A DNA stretch of 64,000 bases from Candidatus Eiseniibacteriota bacterium (lineage in GTDB: Bacteria; Eisenbacteria; RBG-16-71-46; JABDJR01). The notes under the pieces were generated by a model. It made no database searches, had not been told where the DNA came from, and saw only the letters and a program-made list of their open reading frames with translations. Where the stretch lies: NCBI GenBank assembly GCA_963762255.1, contig CAVXKA010000001.1, forward strand, positions 992,001-1,056,000. Direction: 5' to 3'. The stretch's first letter is position 1. The number at the start of each line of letters is the position of its first letter. The translations under genes and the position numbers were made by a program. This document shows positions 38,556-48,171 of the stretch, piece after piece.

Positions 38556-39713
38556 ATGAGCGCCTCGATCCACCCCTCGCCCGAAGAGTTGAGCGGCTTT
38601 GTCGATCGCGAGTTGTCATCCACCGCCCTCGTCGATATTGAGAAGCATCTTGCCGGCTGCGCCGATTGTCGGGGGCTCATCGAAGCGTTCTCGTTCCTGA
38701 ACGCCATGGGCCCCGTCGTGGAGGAGAGCCTCCCGGGAGACGCGTACTGGGCCGATCTCCCGGATCGGATCCTTGTCCGCATCGCCACCGATTCCGCCGT
38801 GGCGCCCTCCGAGCGGGCCGGCGGGCGGTCGATCTGGGCGCGCCTCTGGCAGCCCCAGGGCGCTTGGCGCTACGCCATGGGCACGGTGGCCGCGGTCGTG
38901 GTGGTGGCGGGAGCATGGACGGTGATCCACCGGCAGCAGAGCCTCACCGAGCCGATGGGTGCGGGCTTGGCAGAGAACGGCGTTGTTTCCTCGCCCACTT
39001 CGACCGAGTCGGGTTCGCCGAGCGAGCCGCTCGTCGCCTCAAACCTCACGTCGACTCCCTCCGGCCCCGAGCCTCCCAGCGACTTCGAGGAGATGGTGCC
39101 CGGCATGAGCCCCGAGAGCTTCGCCCGGCGAGTCATCACGACCCTGGGCGGCCCTGACGACCTGGGGACCAGCCTCAACATCGCCGCCGCCGACAACGCG
39201 CCGCGGCCGCTCGCTTCCGGCGGGATCGGCACGCAGGTCGACTACTCGCTTCCGCCGCTGAACCTCCAGTCCCGCGCGGAGACCCAGGATTTGGTGAGTT
39301 GCGGGCCTGGCGAGAGCTGGCTGGAACGAGCGTACATCTGCGCGGTGAAAGCGGATGAAGTCGGCAACTTGGCTCTCGCTCGGCAAGGGTACCGAGTCAT
39401 TCAGCAAAACACGGATCCGAGCAGCATTCTGAATTGGGAATCCGGCTATCGCCTCACGTACCACAAATGGCGCGACCGGATCCTCGCCTCGCCTCCAGGC
39501 CCCAAGCGGGCGCAGGCGCTCGCCGACTTGAGCGAGTTGGCCAGCAAGAGCTACTCGACTTGGTCCAGCTCTGGCGGCGCCGATGATTGCCAGGCGGCCT
39601 GGTGCTTGAACCGTGCTTTCAGCAAGCTCGCAATCGAGATGACAACGACGAGCGAGCAGGAGCAGACGGATTGTCGGGTCGGCGAGTTGGTGCGCTGCAT
39701 CGGCGCGCCGTAG
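38556..39713 (+). CDS. Zinc-binding (zf-HC2) transmembrane anti-sigma factor
   Basis: HLAGCADC motif, one TM helix, follows the ECF sigma gene. Confidence 0.8.
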   Translation: MSASIHPSPEELSGFVDRELSSTALVDIEKHLAGCADCRGLIEAFSFLNAMGPVVEESLPGDAYWADLPDRILVRIATDSAVAPSERAGGRSIWARLWQPQGAWRYAMGTVAAVVVVAGAWTVIHRQQSLTEPMGAGLAENGVVSSPTSTESGSPSEPLVASNLTSTPSGPEPPSDFEEMVPGMSPESFARRVITTLGGPDDLGTSLNIAAADNAPRPLASGGIGTQVDYSLPPLNLQSRAETQDLVSCGPGESWLERAYICAVKADEVGNLALARQGYRVIQQNTDPSSILNWESGYRLTYHKWRDRILASPPGPKRAQALADLSELASKSYSTWSSSGGADDCQAAWCLNRAFSKLAIEMTTTSEQEQTDCRVGELVRCIGAP

Positions 39714-39747
39714 CCTGCACAACCTTTCGCGCGAAACGCGGGCAGTG

Positions 39748-39782
39748 ACGGGGGCCACCGGGTTCGGTGGCCCCGTTTCGTT
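39748..39782 (+). terminator. Intrinsic terminator after the anti-sigma gene
   Basis: GGGGCCACCG-GGTT-CGGTGGCCCC then GTTTCGTT. Confidence 0.65.
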
Positions 39783-39884
39783 GGGTCTGGTCAACAGGGC
39801 GCGATCCAGGCAAAGTACCCGAGAGTTGCCACGCGCGGGCCGAGTGCGATCGTCGCCGGCCGCGCGAAAGGGAGGACCTTCGCC

Positions 39885-41449
39885 ATGTTGTCATCTTCAT
39901 CTCGCCTCGCCCCCGGAGCCGCGGCACTTCTCTTCCTTGCATGCGCCGTCGCGATTGCTCCGATCGCAGGTGGCGAGTCGGCACCGAGCCCGGTGCCGGA
40001 GGATTCTAAGGGCTGCGTGATGTGCCACGGCGCGAACTCGCCCGGCATCGTGGAGCAGTGGCGGCAGAGCACGCATGCCGACGCCGAGATCGGTTGCGTG
40101 GACTGCCATCACGCAGATGCCGCCGACGCCGACGGATTCGACCACCACGGAGCGCACATCGCCACCGTGGTGACGCCGCGCGATTGCGCCCAGTGCCACA
40201 GCGACGTGCAGGAAGAGTTCTCGCGCAGTCACCACGCCAAGGGGGGGAACATCCTCGCCTCCCTCGACAACTACCTGGCGGAGACCGTGGAGGGGATGCG
40301 CGGGGACTTCGACCCGCACTCGCCCACGCCGGGGAGAACGGTGGACAGAGTGAACGGCATGGCAAGCGCCAATCAGGGTTGCACGCAGTGCCACGGCAGC
40401 AAGCTGGCCCTGGTGGCCGTCGACGGCGGCAAAGTGACCGTGGATGATCTCAAGCCCGGCCCCGACGGCAGACCCACCGACGCCGCAGCGGTAGCGCGCA
40501 TCGCCCGCGACGCGGATGGGCGGCCCAGATACATGTCGAGACGTGGCCGAACACCGGCATCGGGCGCATCAACCTGGACGGATCGCTCGGCTCCTGCTCC
40601 GCGTGCCACAGCCGGCACGACTTCTCGCCCCGCCGCGCCCGGCAGCCGGAGAACTGCGGCAAGTGCCACCTCGGGCCCGATCATCCGCAGAAGGAGATCT
40701 ACGAGGAGTCCAAGCACGGGGTGGCCTATCGCGACCTTCGGGAGGAGATGAACCTCGACGCCGATTCCTGGGTGCTCGGCAAGGACTACAGCCAGGCTCC
40801 CACTTGCGCCACCTGCCACATGTCGGCAAACAAGAACAACGGCGGGCGCATCACCCACGACCCCGGCGAGCGGATCTCCTGGACCAACCGGCCGCCGGTG
40901 AGCCTCGTCATGGACACCGACAAGGATCACAATGTCGTGACCGCGGCCGATCTCGCGGAGCGCGCGAGGCTCACCGTGGACTCCGCTCAGGCCAAGCGGG
41001 GCCGCATGAAGGAAGCCTGCGTGAACTGCCATTCACCGGCTTATGTGGACGCTTTCTACACGCAGTACGACGAACTCGTCGTGCTCTTCAACGAGAAGTT
41101 CGCCAAGCCGGGGGGCGCGATCATGACCGCCCTGGGCAAGGAAGGACTGATCACCAAGACTCAGTTCGACGAGTCGATCGAGTGGACGTGGTTCTATCTC
41201 TGGCACCACGAAGGGCGGCGGGCGCGCCACGGCGCGGCGATGATGGCCCCCGACTACACGCACTGGCACGGCATGTACGAGGTGGCCGAGCGCTTCTACG
41301 TTGAATTCATCCCGCAGGCGCGGGAGATTCTGGACGAGGCTGCCGCGCACGGGAAAGCGGCCGAAGCGGATCGGGTACGCGCGGTGCTGGACGGCATCCT
41401 GAGCCGCCCCGAGCATCAGTGGATCAAGCCGCCGGACGGAGGGCGCTGA
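39885..41449 (+). pseudogene. Octaheme cytochrome c of the hydroxylamine oxidoreductase family, split by a -1 frameshift near 40532 (real lesion or sequencing error)
   Basis: CVMCH, CVDCH, CAQCH, CTQCH in the first frame; WPNTGIGRIN.DGS.GSCSACH, CGKCH, CATCH, CVNCH and WHHEGRRARHG..MMAPDYTHWHG in the shifted frame. Confidence 0.85.
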
Positions 41450-41483
41450 GGCGGACGGGATTCCATGATGCGCATCGAACGGA

Positions 41484-42560
41484 CTATCCGTGGGGACCGT
41501 ACTTCCTGCGTGCGTGCGCGCGTGCCGCCTTATGGATCTGCTTCCACTTGGCCTTCTCGTCCAGCGCGGCCCGGACGTCCCGCTTTCTTTCCAGGAACTG
41601 GGTCTCGCGGCGAAGCTTGAGATAGTTCTCGAAACGGCCTGAGGAAAGCGTTCCATCTTCGATCGCCTGCCTGACGGCGCAGCCGGGCTCGCCGGAGTGA
41701 CGACAGTCGGTGAATCGGCAGCCGTGGGCCATGGTTTCGATGTCGTCGAACTCGGCTCGAAGGCCGCTCTCTTCCGTCCACAAGCCGAGTTCCCGCATGC
41801 CCGGGGTGTCGATGACCATGCCGCCCTCGGGAAGGAGCAGCAAGTGCCGGCGGCTGGTCGTATGGCGACCTCGCCCGTCCGACTCCCGGATGTGCCCCGT
41901 CTCCAGCCGCTCCTCTCCCAGCAGCCGATTGATGATGCTGGTCTTCCCGACCCCGGATGAGCCGAGAAGGACAGCGGTCCGGCCGCGCCCCAGGTGCGCC
42001 AGCAGCGCTCCCATGCCGCTTTGGGTGGCGGCGCTCACCGGAAAGACCGGCACGTCTGCGGCGATCGGCCGCAGCTCGCCGATCAGGGTGGGAACTCGAT
42101 CGCTGAGATCCGACTTGTTCAACACGATCGCCGCCGGAGCACCGCTTTCGCGCACGAGGGCAAGGTAGCGCTCGATCCTCCTCAGGTTGAAGTCGCGGTC
42201 GGAGTCGGTGACGATCCAGGCGGTATCGACGTTGGCGGCGAGCACTTGGGGCTCGGTGGTCCGCCCCGCGGTCTTCCGCGCAAACACGGTGGAACGAGGA
42301 AGCACCGCGTGGATGACTGCCGTGGATTCGCCGGCCGGTTCCACCGCGACCCAGTCTCCGACCGCGGGGAAGTCGAACCGCGAATCGGCGGTGAACCGGA
42401 GTCTTCCCGTGACTTCGGCACGGAGTTCTCCCTGCTCGCCGAGAACGACGTATCGCTCCCGGTGTTCTTCGACCACGCGAGCCGGAAGAAAACCGCAAGC
42501 GTGAAATGGCTCTATGGAAGCTGCAAGATCCGATTGCCAACCCAGGTCATGAAGATCCAT
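41484..42560 (-). CDS. rsgA: Ribosome small subunit-dependent GTPase A
   Basis: PAVGDWV, LAANVD, LNKSD, LLGSSGVGKT, GRHTT, IDTPGMRE, CRFTDCRH.GEPGCAV. Confidence 0.93.
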   Translation of the reverse strand: MDLHDLGWQSDLAASIEPFHACGFLPARVVEEHRERYVVLGEQGELRAEVTGRLRFTADSRFDFPAVGDWVAVEPAGESTAVIHAVLPRSTVFARKTAGRTTEPQVLAANVDTAWIVTDSDRDFNLRRIERYLALVRESGAPAAIVLNKSDLSDRVPTLIGELRPIAADVPVFPVSAATQSGMGALLAHLGRGRTAVLLGSSGVGKTSIINRLLGEERLETGHIRESDGRGRHTTSRRHLLLLPEGGMVIDTPGMRELGLWTEESGLRAEFDDIETMAHGCRFTDCRHSGEPGCAVRQAIEDGTLSSGRFENYLKLRRETQFLERKRDVRAALDEKAKWKQIHKAARAHARRKYGPHG

Positions 42561-42674
42561 GGCGTACGTATCCCCGTTTCATGAACTCAGTAGAAGCGAG
42601 GGTGCGTCCGCGGGGAAAGCCGACCGTTCGGCCGGGAGGTCAGGCGGGTATAGGAAGAAGGCGGTCCGAAAGGC

Positions 42675-42734
42675 TCAGACGGCCGGTCCCCGGAGGCGCA
42701 CCATGACCGATTGATTGCAGTTGAGGGCAGACAT
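42675..42734 (-). CDS. Putative 19-aa leader peptide MSALNCNQSVMVRLRGPAV
   Basis: Strong SD GAGGAGG (42744-42750); lies between the promoter and rsgA; contains RLR. Confidence 0.6.
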   Translation of the reverse strand: MSALNCNQSVMVRLRGPAV

Positions 42735-42782
42735 GGCGTGGAACCTCCTCTCTGAAGTGGGACGCTGATTTCTTTCCATAAC

Positions 42783-42811
42783 AGAATAGGATGTCCGGGC
42801 ACGAGAGTCAA
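42783..42811 (-). promoter_or_regulatory. Sigma-70 promoter for the leader-rsgA transcript
   Basis: TTGACT-17-TATTCT on the minus strand. Confidence 0.7.
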
Positions 42812-42861
42812 GAACGGACGAGGCGCGGCAGTCCGGGGAGAATCGCGCCCACGACACTCGC

Positions 42862-43587
42862 TCAGTAGCGCAGAAGAACGAGCGCCGCGGTCGCCTCGCC
42901 GCGGCACGGGTCCCAACCCAAACGCAAGCGAGGACTCCGGTCCAGAGCGGCCCGGTCGTCTCCACCGCGATCCAGGATGAACTCCTGGAGCAGGTAGGCG
43001 CCCGCGAGCACGCCGGAGACGATCATCCAGGTTTTCGCCTTATCGTCGTGCGCTCCCGTCTCGTCATACTGGATCTCTGCTGCTGCGTCGTCGCCGGCCA
43101 AGGCGAGATCTTTGTACTTCTCGTAGGTGTCGTTCCCCGCTGAGCGCTCCGTATAGGCAAGGACAGCGGCGGCGCCCGCCCCGGCAAGGCAGGCGTACTT
43201 GAGGATCCGCCGACCACCTCCCGCTCCGTGCGCTGGGGCCGCGGTTGAAGACTCCTGTCGAGTAGACCCGGTCTCCACCTTGCCGGGCCCGACCGGCCGG
43301 GTGGTCTCCGGCTCCGGCACCGGTTGCACATGGTCTCGCGAAACCCATCCGACCAGCCCCGCACCGGTCCGGACCTGCAACCACCCTTCTCGCTCGTCCA
43401 ATCGCGCGAGGATGTCTCCACGGACCAGGGAGGCGAGGACGCGCGCGTCCGTGCCGGGTGATTCGCGGAGGTTGAGCCGCGAGGCGGTAACCGAGACCCG
43501 CTGCTCACCGCCTGCGGCAGGCTCGGGGATGGAGAGTGTCGCCACGCAGAATAGGACCAGGAGAGAGCAAGTAATGTAACTGCGCAT
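42862..43587 (-). CDS. Exported SH3b-domain protein with C-terminal hydrophobic segments
   Basis: Signal peptide; LNLRESPGT...GWLQVRT...GWVS. Confidence 0.8.
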   Translation of the reverse strand: MRSYITCSLLVLFCVATLSIPEPAAGGEQRVSVTASRLNLRESPGTDARVLASLVRGDILARLDEREGWLQVRTGAGLVGWVSRDHVQPVPEPETTRPVGPGKVETGSTRQESSTAAPAHGAGGGRRILKYACLAGAGAAAVLAYTERSAGNDTYEKYKDLALAGDDAAAEIQYDETGAHDDKAKTWMIVSGVLAGAYLLQEFILDRGGDDRAALDRSPRLRLGWDPCRGEATAALVLLRY

Positions 43588-43738
43588 GGGATCCCCGTGT
43601 GAACGCGTCCGCAGCCGGGGGATGCTCGGACGGCGTAATCGCGGGCTCAAGATACCAGAAATCTCGCGACGAAGCGCGCCCCACGGAAAGCGACTCCCGG
43701 ACGTCGGAGCGTCCCTGGCCGGATGCCGGTGGCCGGCC

Positions 43739-45289
43739 TCAGAGCGGGATGTTGCCGTGCTTCTTACTCGGCAGCGACTGCCGCTTGTTGCGTAGCGAAT
43801 GCAGCGCGCGTATGAGCCGCGGCCGTGTCTCCCGTGGCTCGATCACGTCGTCGAGATAGCCCAGCTCCGCCGCGACGTACGGGTTGGCGAACTTGGCGTT
43901 GTACTCGTCGATGAGTCGCTTGCGCTCGGCGTCGGGGTCTGGCGCCGCGGCGATCTCGCGGCGGTATAGGATGTTCACCGCGCCCTCGGCGCCCATCACC
44001 GCCAGCTCCGCCGTGGGCCAGGCCACGTTGAAATCGCCACGGATGTGCTTGGACGACATGACGTCGTAGGCGCCGCCGTAGGCCTTGCGCAGCACGACCG
44101 TCAGCTTGGGCACGGTCGCCTCGCAGTAGGCGAAGAGGAGCTTGGCCCCGCTGGTGATGATGCCGTTCCACTCCTGTGCCGTCCCCGGCAGGAACCCCGG
44201 CACGTCCTCGAAGGTCACCAGCGGGATGTTGAACGCGTCGCAGAAGCGCACGAAACGCGCTCCCTTGACCGAGGACTGGATGTCGAGCACCCCGGCCAGG
44301 AAGCGGGGCTGATTGGCGATCAGCCCCACCGGATACCCGTCCAGCCGCGCGAATCCCACCACGATGTTGCGCGCGAAGTGCTCGTGTACCTCGAGGAACT
44401 TGCCGTCGTCCACCACGCCCTTGATCACATCCTTGACGTCGTAGGGCTTGTTCGACTCGGGCGGCACGAGGGTCTGAAGGCTTTCGTCCATGCGGTTGAC
44501 ATCGTCGGTCGGCTGGCGGTGCGGCGGATCCTCGACGTTATTTTGCGGCATGTATCCCAAGAGTTCACGGATGAGGCGCAGCGTGTCTCGGTCGTCGGCG
44601 GTGGCGAAGTGGGCGACCCCGCTCTTGGTGTTGTGGGTCATGGCCCCGCCGAGTTCCTCGTGGGAGACCTCCTCCTTGGTCACCATCTTGATCACGTCGG
44701 GCCCGGTCACGAACATCTGGCCCGTGCCCTTGGTCATGATCGTGAAGTCCGTGATGGCCGGGGAGTAGACCGCGCCACCCGCACAGGGCCCCATGATCGC
44801 GGAGATCTGGGGCACGACCCCGCTGGCCAGCGTGTTGCGCAGGAAGATGTCGGCGTAGCCGCCCAGGCTTGCCACCCCTTCCTGGATGCGGGCGCCTCCC
44901 GAGTCGTTGAGCCCCACGACCGGAGCTCCGTTCTGCACCGCGAGGTCCATGAGGTTGCAGATCTTGCGTGCGTTCGACGCGGAGAGCGTGCCACCGAAGA
45001 CCGTGAAGTCCTGGGCGAACACGTAGACGAGCCGTCCATCGATGGTCCCGAACCCCGCCACCACACCGTCTCCGGTGATCTTCTTCTTCTCCATCCCGAA
45101 GTCGGTGCAGTTGTGGGTGACGAAGACCCCCAACTCCTGAAAGGTGCCGGGATCGAGGAGCAGCTCGATCCGTTCCCGGGCGGTGAGCTTGCCCTGAGCG
45201 TGCATCTTCTCGATGCGCTCGGTCCCCCCGCCCAGGGCGGCCTCGGCACGGCGGCGCTGCAGCTCCTCGATGCGGTTCTTCACGCTCAT
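43739..45289 (-). CDS. Acyl-CoA carboxylase beta (carboxyltransferase) subunit, PccB/MmdA-like
   Basis: [63 protein letters not shown]. Confidence 0.93.
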   Translation of the reverse strand: MSVKNRIEELQRRRAEAALGGGTERIEKMHAQGKLTARERIELLLDPGTFQELGVFVTHNCTDFGMEKKKITGDGVVAGFGTIDGRLVYVFAQDFTVFGGTLSASNARKICNLMDLAVQNGAPVVGLNDSGGARIQEGVASLGGYADIFLRNTLASGVVPQISAIMGPCAGGAVYSPAITDFTIMTKGTGQMFVTGPDVIKMVTKEEVSHEELGGAMTHNTKSGVAHFATADDRDTLRLIRELLGYMPQNNVEDPPHRQPTDDVNRMDESLQTLVPPESNKPYDVKDVIKGVVDDGKFLEVHEHFARNIVVGFARLDGYPVGLIANQPRFLAGVLDIQSSVKGARFVRFCDAFNIPLVTFEDVPGFLPGTAQEWNGIITSGAKLLFAYCEATVPKLTVVLRKAYGGAYDVMSSKHIRGDFNVAWPTAELAVMGAEGAVNILYRREIAAAPDPDAERKRLIDEYNAKFANPYVAAELGYLDDVIEPRETRPRLIRALHSLRNKRQSLPSKKHGNIPL

Positions 45290-45361
45290 CTCCTCACCCC
45301 AGCCCGCGGCAGCGGCCGCGGAGCGACGTGGAATCCGGTTGTCCTGGCGGCGGTTGCGCAC

Positions 45362-45439
45362 ATGCTAGCCGCGCCCCCCAAGAGGGTCAACGGGCGCCGC
45401 CCCCCCGCGCTTGACGCAGGGGGACGCCCTCCCTAGCAT
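45362..45439. promoter_or_regulatory. Back-to-back divergent sigma-70 promoters
   Basis: Minus TTGACC-17-TAGCAT (45390-45362); plus TTGACG-17-TAGCAT (45411-45439). Confidence 0.65.
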
Positions 45440-45470
45440 CGTGCGGACAGCTTCGCTTGGGAGGAGTGAA

Positions 45471-46211
45471 ATGGACCTCAAGGACAAGATCGCGCTCGTG
45501 AACGGAGGCAGCGGGGACTTGGGGAGCGCCATTTGCATGCGGCTGGCGCGCGCCGGGGCCAAGATCGCGTTCACCTATCGGGCAGACAAACGCGAGGCGG
45601 ACGAGGTTGTGGAGGCCATCGAGGCCATCTCCGGGGCAGCCTTCGCGGAGGCGGTGGATCTTCTCGACTACGAGCAGGTTTCCGAGTTCACGAAGCGCGT
45701 GGTAGCCAAGTGGGGGCACCTCGACATCTTGGTCAACGCGGTGGGTGCCAAGGATCCGGCCTCCCTCTTTGAGATGACCCGGGAGCAGTTCGACCACGTC
45801 CTCGACGTGAACCTCAAAGGCTATTTCAACTTCGTTCGCGCGGCGGCCCCCGTCTTCCAAGAACAGCACTCGGGGAAGCTGGTCAATGTCGTGGCGCTGG
45901 GGGGAATCTCCGGTCACGCCATCGCCAACGAGTCGGCAGCAAAGATGGGGGTGATCGGCCTGACCCAGACCACAGCCAAAGAGTTGGGTCCCTTCAACGT
46001 GAACGTCAACGCGGTCGTGCCCGGAATGATCGAGACGGCCGCCCTCAAGGAACTCCCCTCGGAAGAGATCGATAAGGCCCTATCCCGCAGCGTTCTCGGG
46101 CGATTGGCCAAGCCCGAGGAAGTCGCCGACGTGGTGCTCTTTCTCTGCTCGGCGCGAGCCCGGCACATCACGGGCGAGGTCATTCGGGTCGATGGCGGCG
46201 AGCACTTGTAG
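45471..46211 (+). CDS. FabG-like short-chain dehydrogenase with degenerate active site
   Basis: ALVNGGSGDLG, LDILVN, VNLKG, NVNAVVPG, ITGEVIRVDGG; NESAAK in place of YxxxK. Confidence 0.85.
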   Translation: MDLKDKIALVNGGSGDLGSAICMRLARAGAKIAFTYRADKREADEVVEAIEAISGAAFAEAVDLLDYEQVSEFTKRVVAKWGHLDILVNAVGAKDPASLFEMTREQFDHVLDVNLKGYFNFVRAAAPVFQEQHSGKLVNVVALGGISGHAIANESAAKMGVIGLTQTTAKELGPFNVNVNAVVPGMIETAALKELPSEEIDKALSRSVLGRLAKPEEVADVVLFLCSARARHITGEVIRVDGGEHL

Positions 46212-46531
46212 TGGAATTAATCCTATTTAAGTGGTGTTGGGCCGGTCAGTAAGCCCTCCTCTGGGGCGGTCCAGCGTGGGATCGTGCTACATGTGGTGGG
46301 GTTCTCCCGGAGGTCGGCAGCCACAGGTAAGCTCTTTCCCTCTTGTCAGATGATCTGGCTTCGTGTACTGGTTTTGCGGTCCTATCTCGCGATCGCGAAC
46401 TGATGAGCGTTCACAGTCGGGAGATCTGGATCATGCGAGGGGACACGACCGTCCGGTCGGGCCCCGTGGAGAGGAGCGCGCCACGCCCACGGGCGGGCGC
46501 GCCAAGGACTAGCCAAGGAGGGTAGCTAAAA

Positions 46532-47026
46532 ATGAAGAAGGTCCTCTTCTTCACCGTAGCCCTGAGCCTGATCGCGACGGCGGCCATGGCACATGACGTG
46601 ACCGGCCGGTTTGGCCTGGGCTTTGTTTCGACGGACGCCCCTGTAGGCGGCCGTTACTGGTTGAACGAGAAGATGGGTATCGACGGCGGGATCGGGTTCT
46701 CGAGTCAGGACCTGGGCGAAGAAACCGCGACGACGTTCGTGCTGAACGCCGGCGTGCCGTTCATCTTCAACGCCGCGGGTGACCGTGTGAACTTCCTGAT
46801 CCGCCCCGGGATCGAGTTCACCAGCCTGGAAGCCGGCACTATCATCGAGCTGAGCGGCGCTCTGGAGTTCGAGGTGTTCGTCACCGACGACTTCTCGGTG
46901 AGCGCGGCGCACGGGATTGCCATCACGATGAACAGCCCGGACGAGGGCGATAGTGCTACCAACTTCGGTCTGTTTGGCAACAACTGGACCGGCTTCGGGT
47001 TCCACTACTACCTGAAGAGCAAGTAG
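46532..47026 (+). CDS. Small outer-membrane beta-barrel protein
   Basis: Strong SD AAGGAGG; signal peptide; amphipathic strands; ends GFGFHYYLKSK. Confidence 0.8.
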   Translation: MKKVLFFTVALSLIATAAMAHDVTGRFGLGFVSTDAPVGGRYWLNEKMGIDGGIGFSSQDLGEETATTFVLNAGVPFIFNAAGDRVNFLIRPGIEFTSLEAGTIIELSGALEFEVFVTDDFSVSAAHGIAITMNSPDEGDSATNFGLFGNNWTGFGFHYYLKSK

Positions 47027-47042
47027 GCCGCGGGTCAAACCC

Positions 47043-47663
47043 GTGTCCGCAGGCTCTTGGTTCGAGGCCCCGTCGCGCGAGCGGCGGGGCCTTTCCTCTT
47101 CGCGCCCTGGATGGCTCCCCCGATGCGTCCTCGGTGTGCTTCTCGTCGCGGTTGGGCTATTACCGGCTCAAGCGGCGCAGGCCGACGCACCGAACTCCCC
47201 GCGATTCGGCAGGGATGTTGCGGGCAGGTGGGGCATCGGGATGCTCTCCGCAGATATCCCGATCGGGGTTCGTCACCACTTCGATCACAGGATAGGAGTG
47301 GAGACCGGGATCGGTCTCGCGACCCGCTCCACCGACGGCTCGTCCCGGACCGACTTTGCCCTTGAAGGCGCTTTGCTGTACGCGCTGGCCCCCGGGGATC
47401 GGACGAACTTCTATCTCCGACCCTCCGCCGGGTTCCTCAGCGAGCAGCGAGCAGATGGAACCTACTCGACCATCGTGCTCGGCGCGGGGCTCCTCTTCGA
47501 AGTCTTTCTGACTCGCGATCTCTCCGTCTCCGCGGCCCAACGTCTGTCGATCGATTTTGTGGGCCCGCCTCCAGGTGACGGCCCGGCCTCAGACGATCGA
47601 GTCACAATCATGCTCCGCGGGGAGCGGTGGCCGCGGCTGGGCTTCGTCTACTACTTGCCCTAG
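47043..47663 (+). CDS. Second, paralogous outer-membrane beta-barrel protein
   Basis: Aligns with the upstream gene (DVAGRWGIG/DVTGRFGLG; FEVFLTRDLSVSAA/FEVFVTDDFSVSAA); ends LGFVYYLP; start uncertain. Confidence 0.7.
   Translation: MSAGSWFEAPSRERRGLSSSRPGWLPRCVLGVLLVAVGLLPAQAAQADAPNSPRFGRDVAGRWGIGMLSADIPIGVRHHFDHRIGVETGIGLATRSTDGSSRTDFALEGALLYALAPGDRTNFYLRPSAGFLSEQRADGTYSTIVLGAGLLFEVFLTRDLSVSAAQRLSIDFVGPPPGDGPASDDRVTIMLRGERWPRLGFVYYLP
47064..47100 (+). terminator. Intrinsic terminator between the two beta-barrel genes
   Basis: AGGCCCCGTCGC-GCGA-GCGGCGGGGCCT then TTCCTCTT. Confidence 0.65.
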
Positions 47664-47724
47664 GTGGAGATCGGGTGGCTCGACGGGGACAGTTAGCCGT
47701 GGGGTGATCGATCGGTAGCCGCTG

Positions 47725-47760
47725 ACAAAAAGTTTGGGGCACCCGGCTTTCGGGTGCCCC
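47725..47760 (-). terminator. Intrinsic terminator closing the putative ncRNA
   Basis: Perfect 10-bp stem GGGGCACCCG-AAAGC-CGGGTGCCCC followed by AAACTTTTTGT on the minus strand. Confidence 0.65.
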
Positions 47761-48162
47761 TACGGCGTCCACAAGAGCGGGCTTGTATACTCTTGCGACG
47801 CGCGATCCCCCCCTCAGGGATCAGGTTGGCCCCCGCCGTCCGCGCCGTCGTCCAAGAACGAGCTAGACCTTATTGGGAGGCATCCCAGGCCAAGCGGGCG
47901 CTTGCAGTGCGAACCCACCAGACGGTTCGCGATCGTCGGGAGCCAGTCGAGAGGATCGTCTCGGCCACCTTCGCGGCCGTCGGACCCAAACCTTCTTTGC
48001 CGTGATGCGCTCCCCAACGGCCTTGCAGAGAAGGCCGCGTGGGTGGCTCGAAAGGTGGCTGCCTCTTCACCTCGCGAGCCACCCTGCCGGGGTTGGAGAG
48101 TGGCACTGCGGCTTTTTGGTGCTGAAGCTGCTTCCCTCTTCCGAGAGTCTCGCTGCTTCGAC
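47725..48162 (-). ncRNA. Putative sigma-54-dependent structured non-coding RNA (~440 nt), family unrecognised
   Basis: Consensus sigma-54 promoter upstream, terminator downstream, about 10 hairpins, no credible CDS. Confidence 0.6.
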
Positions 48163-48171
48163 GTCCTGTAT

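Noticed and set aside
40515-40545. Programmed ribosomal frameshift in the octaheme cytochrome
   Set aside because: No slippery heptamer or homopolymer at the junction; a 1-bp deletion or assembly error is simpler.
46280-46300. NrdR-box-like CTACATGTGG upstream of the beta-barrel gene
   Set aside because: Single weak copy with no ribonucleotide reductase gene nearby.
48124-48160. SRP (4.5S) RNA-like motif GGAA...GGAAGCAGC at the 5' end of the putative ncRNA
   Set aside because: It lacks the CAGG strand of the SRP helix-8 symmetric loop, the stem length differs, and the long SRP hairpin is absent.
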